Origin: a virus
DNA length: 64,000 bases
Reading direction: 5' to 3' (one strand)
IMG/VR virus record: IMGVR_UViG_3300009183_008543
Coordinates: 32,001-96,000 of that record
Shown: positions 56,013 through 64,000 of the stretch, in pieces
How the letters are laid out: each line of letters starts with the position of its first letter
How positions within the stretch are numbered: the first letter of the stretch is position 1
The notes under the pieces: model-generated
Told to the model about the DNA's origin: nothing
What the model saw: the letters and a program-made list of their open reading frames with translations, nothing else
Database searches by the model: none
Position numbers and translations under genes: made by a program

Positions 56013-59000
56013 ATGATAGATCCAAAACTGGTAGAAAATTGGAATATAATTTTCGCACTTGCCGACAAAGCTTGTGGGCATTTCGCAACATATGAAGCAA
56101 TAGTCCTTGTGCCACGACCTTGTACCGGAGGGTCAAGTGCTTATTGGACTCTTGGTACTTCTTGTCCAGATGGTTGCACATCTTCTCCTCCTTCTGAATT
56201 GCCAACAAATCCTCCATGCGATCCTAATTACCCTGATAATGGAACGGAAAATGACATAATCGGGTGCTGCGGAGGGATAGTTGAAGTCGAATGCACTGGA
56301 ACCTGCTGTAACTGTGGTGGAGTTCAATGCGAACCATCAGAGACATGCTGCGACAATGTTTGCGTGGACTTGCAAACGGATCATGACCATTGTGGCGGTT
56401 GCCCTATAGTTTGCGAACCTTCAGAAAGCTGCAAGAATGGTGTTTGCAAAGGCGCTTGTGCTTCGAGCAACTGCTCATGGACTTGGAGCGAAGGCTGTCA
56501 GGCTGATTGTGCTTATGTCCTCCTTGATGGTGTGTATGTGCAGAATCAATTTTGCACAGAAGGATCAAATTGCATTTGTCCTGCCGCTCCTGCCGTAACC
56601 GAATCATCACCACTTTATGTATACATTTCTTGTGTTGGAAATCCAAGACCATCGGGTGTTTGGTCACAGACTTCGACATGCCCACAGGGATGCACCTGTC
56701 CAGAAGAAGCACCAACGACAAATGGAACGACAAATGGTCAAGTTATAACCCATGAATGCGTCAGTTGCTCCCCTCCATGCGGAGAAGGACAAGACTGCTG
56801 CGGTGGCGAATGCAAAAACATATATGAAGACAGCAATAATTGTGATGGTTGCGGAAATGTTTGCCCTGAAGCAACACCAACTTGCTGCAATGGCGAGTGC
56901 TGTGTGTCAAACAATTGTTGTTCGGTTGATGGAACAAATACTTGTATTGATGTTATGAATGATCCAAATCATTGTGGTGATTGCATAACATTTTGCAGCG
57001 GTCCAGAAACTACAACGCCACAAAAGTGTTGCCATGGCGAATGCAAATTCACAGAAACAGATAATGAAAATTGCGGATCTTGTGACTTTCCTTGTCCTGT
57101 CGGATACACATGCTGTTTTGGTGTATGCAAAGAACTATATGGTGATGATCGCTTGAACTGTGGCGATTGTGGTAAAACTTGCCCTGTCGGAGAGTTTTGT
57201 AAAGATGGCAATTGCGTAGACCCTTGTACGCTGGAGGAATGCTCATACACATGGGATGCACAAACATGCACATTCATGTACAATAACCCAAATGGGTATA
57301 AAATATGTTCTGGAACTGCGGTCATGAAATGGGTTCCAACTGGACCTCCTAGCGACCCTGATTCAATAACTGGTACATGTCCGGGTCGTTGGGATACAGT
57401 AGTTCCATGCGAATATTCAGATAACTGCGGTTGTATAAATGGGTATGGGTTTGAACAAACTATTGGACCATGCTGGGAATATACACAAGAATGCTATTGT
57501 GGTCAGAGAAATGATGTAATCACTCCATGTGGCGCAATTTTCCCTGTTCTAGATCCAGTTATAGGTTGGGCAGGAGGAACATGGGAACAGTTAACCGACT
57601 GCGATGGTTGTCCAAAACCAGTAGATCCTCCTGCAATACCAGCCTGTATGGGACAAACTTACAGTTTCAACTGTGCAGGATCTTGGATCTACAGACCATG
57701 CCCAAGCTGCGTATGCCCAATAAACGAGCCACTTCGAGAAGGAACACCAAATGAAAAAGTTTCTTCTCCCTGTAAAAACTGTGATCCAGCTTGTGGTGCC
57801 AATCAAAAGTGTTGCAATCATGTTTGTAAAAACATACTTACAGATGTTCGTAATTGCGGAGATTGCGGAAGAGATTGCGGATCTGCTGCGGGAACCGCTT
57901 GCTGTAGGGGAACATGCGTAAACACACTTACAGAAGAACTTTACTGCGGAGGTTGCAATACCGTTTGTGCATGGTCAGAAACTTGTTGCAATGGTTTTTG
58001 CAAAGATACTCACACAGACCCTGCTAACTGTGGTAGTTGCGGACATCCTTGTGCTGCTGGCGAAGTTTGCTGTAATAGTTTTTGCGTAAACACAAATACC
58101 GACAGAAATAACTGTGGAAGTTGCCCATTTGTATGTCCCAACGCAGATAAGTGCATTGACGGAAGATGCGTTCCATGCGACCCCCCATGTCTAGAAGCTG
58201 GAACCGCTTGCTGCAACAATTCATGCATCGACATATTGTCTGACGAGAACAACTGCGGTGGTTGCAACATACCCTGTGCTGGCAAATGCTGCAATGGGTC
58301 TTGCGTATTAGATTTGAACACCATGTACAACTGTGGTGATTGCGGAATAGCGTGTCCGCAAATGATCAACCAGATCAATCTGTGGCAGTGCTGCAATGGT
58401 CAGTGCAAGAATCTAAAAACTGATCCAGAAAACTGCGGTTTTTGCGGAAGAGTATGTCAAGAGCCTCCGGGTGACACATTTAAAGTTCCAAAATGTTTCT
58501 TGGGAAACTGTGCAGAACCAGAATGTGTATGTTTGGGAGGGGAAACCCCCGGACCTGACGATGTTGTTTTCGTATCCACATGCCTTGGGAACACGATAAG
58601 CTGTGAGGGGTCTTGTTATTTTGAGAATGTGGGCGGAAGTTGGGTTCTTCATGAAGAGCCGGGCGGAACTGGATTTTCTGGATCTTGCGGAAAAGAACCA
58701 GACTACACATATTGTGTTGATGACAAATATGCCTGTGTTGGAGATATATATTATTGCGTAAAACCCATAGAAGGACAAGATATGCCAACTTATTGTATAC
58801 CAAAACCATCATTTGACCCATTAGCACAAGCACTAATCGGATCGTATATCGGAGCAGAAAACTGTGCTGCTGGTTGCAGCGGGGATGGAAGCTGTCCAGA
58901 CGGTTGTGCAAACGGATTGACCTGTTGTAATACGGAATGCGTGGACACGCAAACGGACAGTGCCAATTGCGGTGGTTGTGGTGGCGGTCCTTGTGCCTCT

Positions 59001-62000
59001 GATGAGACTTGCAAAGACGGAGCTTGCACGGGTTGCCCTTCTCCATGTGCCGAAGACGAATCGTGCTGCGAAGGAGGAACGACATGCTGCAAGGTCTGCT
59101 GTAATGATGGGTGTTGTGCGGATACCGATCATTGCGGAGAAGGTGGTGCATGCACTCCATGCGAATGTACCGCTGGACAAACCTGCTGCGGTCCTAATTG
59201 TTGCGATCCGGGAAAAGAATGCTGTGGTTCTGGAAGTAGTGCAACATGTTGCACCGGAGATCAATACTGCGATGGAACTGGACACTGCGCATCATGCAAC
59301 CCAGTATGCTACCCGAACGAAACATGCTGCGGTGCGTCTGGATGTATAGCAAACAAGTGTGGCGACTGTCCTAATTCGTGTCCAGAAGGAATAGTTTGCT
59401 GCGGTCTTCCTCACCACGAGGTGTGTTGCGGCGAAGGTCAAACTTGTGTCGATAATAAATGTTACGGATGTACGCCTCCTTGTTCGGAAAGTCAAGATTG
59501 CTGCGATGAGGTGTGTACCGAACTTGGAACCGACACAGATTGTACTGGTTGCGGTGCAGCTTGCGGAGAAGGAACAAAATGTTGCGGTGGCTCATGCATA
59601 GATGTGATGGATGATGTGAACAATTGTGGTGGTTGCGGTGTCGTGTGCGAGGAAGATGGTGCAACTCCTCTTTGCTGCGATGGAACTCCGACAGCAAATG
59701 GAACGAATGAAAATTGCTTGAGTTGCGGAGACACAGCCGATCCAGACAATGCGACAAACCCTACATCATGCTGTCCTAAAGCAGTTGTTGTTGCTGGCGC
59801 TCCAGACACCTCGACTTTCTTTGTTACCGCTACAAACAGTGACGACAAGAATTGCGGTGGTTGCGGAAATGTTGCTGACACATCGCCACAAGTGCAAGAA
59901 AAATGCTGTGCGGGTGAAATCGTTAGCCTTTTGACTGATCCAGACAACTGTGGAGGGTGTGGCGTTAGGGTTGTTGATCCTATGAGTTGCTGTCCAAGTT
60001 GGGGTCCGCCAAATCAGTTTGGCGATCTACCAACACCAACCTCTGGTCCAGTAAACACACAAACAGACAACGACCATTGCGGCGGTTGCAACATCCCATG
60101 CAATCCAATAGAAACTGGTGATGACTGCCCACCTCCCGGCGCTCCACCAACGACAAAATGCAAGGATGGCACATGTGTGCCATGCGGAACATGCAAGCTT
60201 CCGACAGAACAACAACAAGCACAATTGTTGGGATCTCAACCAACTGTATGGGGGTCACACACGACCATACCATGCACCTATGACGGATGTCCTATGCCGG
60301 TAACCGATCCGCCAACTCCTGCCCCTCCGGGGAAAACATGCTTCGGTGGCTGTGACTACAAAGCGGTAGGAAATGTTGGAAACCTGTCATGGGAACTGGT
60401 TGGTTGCGAATGCTACGACTCTTGCACACTTCCAGAATGCAACGCCTCAAATCCACATGCCACTCCATGTCCAAGTGTTGGAACCTGTTCTGGAGAAGGA
60501 CCTTGCGGCGGATGCCTTTATGACGACTATGACCATCCTTCTGCATACAAATGCTTCGCGCCATGGGGTCATGATACTGTTAGCTGCGGGAGTCTCTATA
60601 ACTATAGTAGTACATTTGGCTATTGCTGTACGAAAGACGCAAATCATCCAAATGGCGGAGTTCTATGTCTTAGTGGCAGTTGTTCAGGTGCTGCGGGAGA
60701 CTGCGAACCTTGCGGCGGATCATGTGCCGCAGGACTTACATGTTGCGGGGTTTTTCCGAATGATGTGTGTTTGAACCTGAAAACGGATGAAAGTCATTGC
60801 GGATCATGTACGAATGTTTGTGCCGCAGGAGAGACATGCTGTAATAGCTCATGTAAAAATACCAACACAGACAATAACAATTGTGGCGGTTGCGGTATAA
60901 AATGCAGTGGAGTTTCGGAATGTTGCAATGGCAGCTGCAAAGTTCTAAACACTCCAACTAATTGTGGTGCTTGCGGAATAGTATGTACTGTCCTTGAACC
61001 ACTCTGTTGCAACAATAACTGCACACCGTCTGATGAATTCAACTGCGGAGGGTGCGGAAGAACATGTGATGCTGGTGAAAAATGTTGTGATGGTGAATGC
61101 ACAGAGGTGATGGGCGATGACGAATCTAACTGCGGTGATTGTGGCTTTACTTGTGCTTCTAGTGGAACTTGCTGCTCTGGCGAATGTATCGAAAACCAAT
61201 GCGGAACATGTCCTACTGCATGTACCGAAGGTCAGGGATGTTGTGGTACGCCTCCAAATCTAACTTGCACCGATCTTGGAACAGACGAAAACTGTATCAG
61301 TTGTGGCAATGCTTGCGCTGCAGGAACGAAATGTTGCTTTGATGGAGTTGAAAACTTATGCATATCAGTAATGGGTGCTGATAAAAATAACTGTGGCGAT
61401 TGTAACATAATTTGTGAAAATAATGAACGATGTGAAGACGGTGTATGCATAAATTTAAGTGAAGGGTGTGATCCGGAATGTGTTGAGGGAGAAGAATGTT
61501 GCGAAGGAACTGCCTGTTGTAGTCTGCCAGAATTTCAATGTTGCTCTGGCTCATGTACTGCCGTTTTCTCTTTCCAAACAGATAGTTCCAACTGCGGAAG
61601 TTGTGGAAACGCTTGTGCTGCTGGCGAGCAATGTTGCAATGGCGATTGTATTGCCACTAGCTCTTTCCAAACAGATGAATCTAATTGCGGAACTTGTGGT
61701 AACGCTTGTTCCGGAAGCCAAACTTGTTGCTCTGGCTCATGTATCGCCACTAGCTCTCTCCAAACAGATGAAGCAAACTGCGGAACTTGCGGAAACGCTT
61801 GTGGTGCTGGTGAAACATGTTGCTCTGGTGTTTGTAAAGCACTTCAAACAGATGAAGCTAATTGCGGAACTTGCGGAAACGCTTGTGGTGCTGGTCAAGA
61901 ATGTTGTAGTGGTGTTTGCAAAGCCGTACAAACTGATAGTTCCAACTGCGGAACTTGCGGAAACGCTTGTTCCGGAAGCCAAACATGTTGCTCTGGATCA

Positions 62001-63977
62001 TGTATCGCCACTAGCTCTCTCCAAACAGATGAAGCAAACTGCGGAACTTGCGGAAACACTTGTTCCGGAAGCCAAACATGTTGCTCTGGATCATGTATCG
62101 CCACTAGCTCTCTCCAAACAGATGAAGCAAACTGCGGAACTTGCGGAAACGCTTGTGCTGCTGGTGAACTATGTTGTTCTGGTGTTTGCAAAGCCGTACA
62201 AACAGATGAAGCTAATTGCGGAACTTGCGGAAACGCTTGTGCTGCTGGCGAACTATGTTGTTCTGGTGTTTGCAAAGCCGTACAAACAGATGAAGCTAAT
62301 TGCGGAACTTGCGGAAACGCTTGTTCCGGAAGCCAAACTTGCTGCTCTGGATCATGTATCGCCACTATCTCTCTCCAAACAGATGAAGCAAACTGCGGAA
62401 CTTGCGGAAACACTTGTTCCGGAAGCCAAACATGTTGCTCTGGCTCATGTATCGCCACTAGCTCTCTCCAAACAGATGAAGCAAACTGCGGAACTTGTGG
62501 TAACGCCTGTAGTGCTGGCGAACTATGTTGTGGTGGTGTTTGTAAAATCGTACAAATAGATGAAGCTAACTGCGGAACTTGTGGTAACACTTGTGGTCTT
62601 GGTCAAGAATGTTGTAGTGGTGTTTGTAAATCATTACAAACAGATGAATTTAATTGCGGAACTTGCGGAAACACTTGTGGTGCTGGCGAACTATGTTGTT
62701 CTGGTGTTTGCAAAACCGTACAAACAGATGTAATAAACTGCGGAACTTGTGGTAACACTTGTGGTCTTGGTCAAGAATGTTGTAGTGGTGTTTGCACAGT
62801 ATTTCAAATAGATGAAGACAATTGCGGAAGTTGTGGAAACGCTTGTGCTGCTGGAGAAACTTGTTGTAATAGCGTTTGCACAGTATTACAAACAGATGAA
62901 GGTAATTGCGGAATTTGCGGAAACATGTGTGGTGCTGGTCAAGAATGTTGCTCTGGTGTTTGTAAATCAGTACAAACAGATGAAGCTAATTGCGGAACTT
63001 GTGGAACTGTATGTGGTGCTGGTCAAGAATGTTGCTCTGGTGTTTGCAAATCAATACAAACAGATGAAGAAAATTGTGGAACATGTGGAACTGCATGTGC
63101 TTCTGGCTACACATGTTGCTCTGGTGTTTGTAGAAACACAGCAACCGATCTCAGCAATTGTGGAACATGCGGAAGCTCTTGTAGCGGAACATGTTGCAAC
63201 GGCTTTTGCAAAGCGACATATGAGGATGAATTAAATTGTGGTGATTGCGGAATAGAATGTGCTGTTGGCGAAACATGTTGCTATAGCATCCTTTTGAACA
63301 CTGGAGTTTGCAAAGCCGTACTAACAGATGAAGCTAATTGTGGAACTTGTGGAAACACTTGTGCTGCTGGTTACACATGTTGCTCTGGTGTCTGCAAAGC
63401 ACTTCAAACAGATGAAGCTAATTGCGGAACTTGCGGAAGTGTATGTTCTGCTGGCTACACATGTTGTGATGGTGTCTGCAAAGCACTTCAAACAGATGAA
63501 GCAAACTGTGGAACTTGCGGAAACGCTTGTGCTGCTGGAGAAACTTGTTGCTCTGGTGTTTGTGCAAATACAGAAACAAGTTCATCTAATTGTGGATCTT
63601 GCGGACACGCTTGTGCTGCTGGAGAAACTTGCGAAGAAGGAATTTGCTCTCTGCCTCCACTAACAATAAAATTAGTTTTCCGTGCTTTCGCATGTGCAAG
63701 TAATTTTTCAAATCTTTCAAGTGAGCTTTCTGCTGGATCTAGAAGTGTTAGCTTCACAATCACTGTCAGTGGAACTACTTTTGCCAGTGGTTCTGTTTCA
63801 AACATTGGACCCGGAGGAGTTGCAGCAACCTTAGCATCAATTACGATTCCAACAGGAACATCATTTAATATAAATATAAGTGGATATGCTGGATCTGCAA
63901 TTATTGGTAGTACTAGAGCATCTGGTCAACTGACTTATACTGGTGCTGTTAAAACTGCAGATAATAATGCATGTTAA
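56013..63977 (+). CDS. Giant 2654-aa cysteine-rich protein with Stig1/MXAN_6577-like repeats
   Basis: Dozens of C-x-x-L-x-TD-x-x-NCG-x-CG-x-x-C...CC-x-G-x-C units, an almost Cys-free beta-rich C-terminal region of about 105 aa, and no clear signal peptide. Confidence 0.88.
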   Translation: MIDPKLVENWNIIFALADKACGHFATYEAIVLVPRPCTGGSSAYWTLGTSCPDGCTSSPPSELPTNPPCDPNYPDNGTENDIIGCCGGIVEVECTGTCCNCGGVQCEPSETCCDNVCVDLQTDHDHCGGCPIVCEPSESCKNGVCKGACASSNCSWTWSEGCQADCAYVLLDGVYVQNQFCTEGSNCICPAAPAVTESSPLYVYISCVGNPRPSGVWSQTSTCPQGCTCPEEAPTTNGTTNGQVITHECVSCSPPCGEGQDCCGGECKNIYEDSNNCDGCGNVCPEATPTCCNGECCVSNNCCSVDGTNTCIDVMNDPNHCGDCITFCSGPETTTPQKCCHGECKFTETDNENCGSCDFPCPVGYTCCFGVCKELYGDDRLNCGDCGKTCPVGEFCKDGNCVDPCTLEECSYTWDAQTCTFMYNNPNGYKICSGTAVMKWVPTGPPSDPDSITGTCPGRWDTVVPCEYSDNCGCINGYGFEQTIGPCWEYTQECYCGQRNDVITPCGAIFPVLDPVIGWAGGTWEQLTDCDGCPKPVDPPAIPACMGQTYSFNCAGSWIYRPCPSCVCPINEPLREGTPNEKVSSPCKNCDPACGANQKCCNHVCKNILTDVRNCGDCGRDCGSAAGTACCRGTCVNTLTEELYCGGCNTVCAWSETCCNGFCKDTHTDPANCGSCGHPCAAGEVCCNSFCVNTNTDRNNCGSCPFVCPNADKCIDGRCVPCDPPCLEAGTACCNNSCIDILSDENNCGGCNIPCAGKCCNGSCVLDLNTMYNCGDCGIACPQMINQINLWQCCNGQCKNLKTDPENCGFCGRVCQEPPGDTFKVPKCFLGNCAEPECVCLGGETPGPDDVVFVSTCLGNTISCEGSCYFENVGGSWVLHEEPGGTGFSGSCGKEPDYTYCVDDKYACVGDIYYCVKPIEGQDMPTYCIPKPSFDPLAQALIGSYIGAENCAAGCSGDGSCPDGCANGLTCCNTECVDTQTDSANCGGCGGGPCASDETCKDGACTGCPSPCAEDESCCEGGTTCCKVCCNDGCCADTDHCGEGGACTPCECTAGQTCCGPNCCDPGKECCGSGSSATCCTGDQYCDGTGHCASCNPVCYPNETCCGASGCIANKCGDCPNSCPEGIVCCGLPHHEVCCGEGQTCVDNKCYGCTPPCSESQDCCDEVCTELGTDTDCTGCGAACGEGTKCCGGSCIDVMDDVNNCGGCGVVCEEDGATPLCCDGTPTANGTNENCLSCGDTADPDNATNPTSCCPKAVVVAGAPDTSTFFVTATNSDDKNCGGCGNVADTSPQVQEKCCAGEIVSLLTDPDNCGGCGVRVVDPMSCCPSWGPPNQFGDLPTPTSGPVNTQTDNDHCGGCNIPCNPIETGDDCPPPGAPPTTKCKDGTCVPCGTCKLPTEQQQAQLLGSQPTVWGSHTTIPCTYDGCPMPVTDPPTPAPPGKTCFGGCDYKAVGNVGNLSWELVGCECYDSCTLPECNASNPHATPCPSVGTCSGEGPCGGCLYDDYDHPSAYKCFAPWGHDTVSCGSLYNYSSTFGYCCTKDANHPNGGVLCLSGSCSGAAGDCEPCGGSCAAGLTCCGVFPNDVCLNLKTDESHCGSCTNVCAAGETCCNSSCKNTNTDNNNCGGCGIKCSGVSECCNGSCKVLNTPTNCGACGIVCTVLEPLCCNNNCTPSDEFNCGGCGRTCDAGEKCCDGECTEVMGDDESNCGDCGFTCASSGTCCSGECIENQCGTCPTACTEGQGCCGTPPNLTCTDLGTDENCISCGNACAAGTKCCFDGVENLCISVMGADKNNCGDCNIICENNERCEDGVCINLSEGCDPECVEGEECCEGTACCSLPEFQCCSGSCTAVFSFQTDSSNCGSCGNACAAGEQCCNGDCIATSSFQTDESNCGTCGNACSGSQTCCSGSCIATSSLQTDEANCGTCGNACGAGETCCSGVCKALQTDEANCGTCGNACGAGQECCSGVCKAVQTDSSNCGTCGNACSGSQTCCSGSCIATSSLQTDEANCGTCGNTCSGSQTCCSGSCIATSSLQTDEANCGTCGNACAAGELCCSGVCKAVQTDEANCGTCGNACAAGELCCSGVCKAVQTDEANCGTCGNACSGSQTCCSGSCIATISLQTDEANCGTCGNTCSGSQTCCSGSCIATSSLQTDEANCGTCGNACSAGELCCGGVCKIVQIDEANCGTCGNTCGLGQECCSGVCKSLQTDEFNCGTCGNTCGAGELCCSGVCKTVQTDVINCGTCGNTCGLGQECCSGVCTVFQIDEDNCGSCGNACAAGETCCNSVCTVLQTDEGNCGICGNMCGAGQECCSGVCKSVQTDEANCGTCGTVCGAGQECCSGVCKSIQTDEENCGTCGTACASGYTCCSGVCRNTATDLSNCGTCGSSCSGTCCNGFCKATYEDELNCGDCGIECAVGETCCYSILLNTGVCKAVLTDEANCGTCGNTCAAGYTCCSGVCKALQTDEANCGTCGSVCSAGYTCCDGVCKALQTDEANCGTCGNACAAGETCCSGVCANTETSSSNCGSCGHACAAGETCEEGICSLPPLTIKLVFRAFACASNFSNLSSELSAGSRSVSFTITVSGTTFASGSVSNIGPGGVAATLASITIPTGTSFNINISGYAGSAIIGSTRASGQLTYTGAVKTADNNAC
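61540..63645 (+). repeat. Tandem array of about 24 highly similar 84/93-nt coding repeats
   Basis: caaacagatgaagc-aa-tgcggaacttgcggaaac recurs at 84- or 93-nt spacing (28 or 31 aa). Confidence 0.92.
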
Positions 63978-64000
63978 AAAAACAGGCTTGAAAATCAAGC
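63978..64000. terminator. Probable terminator, truncated by the window end
   Basis: GCTTGA-AAA-TCAAGC inverted repeat directly after the stop codon. Confidence 0.45.

Noticed and set aside
56133-63805. Alternative-frame and antisense ORFs within the Cys-rich gene, including the 366-aa ORF at 61459
   Set aside because: By-products of stop-poor tandem repeats, with no independent RBS or recognisable domain.
61540-63977. Diversity-generating retroelement target
   Set aside because: No reverse transcriptase in the window and no template/variable repeat pair with adenine-specific differences was seen.
1-64000. Stop-codon reassignment as seen in some huge phages
   Set aside because: Conserved genes are full length in the standard code, and TAA, TAG and TGA all end genes at sensible positions.

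Overview
This 64 kb AT-rich, densely coded window (standard genetic code) is most consistent with part of a huge/jumbo tailed-phage genome rather than a cellular chromosome. Host-like genes (csrA, infC, rpsU, def, dnaJ, groES, phoH, a PHP-less dnaE, a ParB-domain gene) are scattered among short hypothetical ORFs, outside their usual bacterial operons. Phage-typical HNH, metallophosphoesterase and amidoligase genes are present, along with about ten glycosyltransferase-like genes. Two giant repeat proteins stand out: 4319 aa (two beta-propellers plus about 30 IPT/TIG domains) and 2654 aa (Cys-rich, Stig1-like repeats). Main observations: (1) several host-derived enzymes kept as intact ORFs but lacking catalytic residues (thioredoxin, dCMP deaminase, ThDP decarboxylase, zinc peptidase); (2) a possible translation-control layer of CsrA with paired GGA-hairpin sites, IF3, bS21, peptide deformylase and apparently leaderless late genes; (3) a roughly 200-nt structured intergenic RNA candidate; (4) nested Cys/Trp modules in the Cys-rich protein; (5) T4-like capsid-targeting N-termini; (6) a unimolecular-spanin-like lipoprotein. 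No CRISPR array, rRNA or tRNA was recognised. All family calls come from reading motifs by eye, not from database searches.
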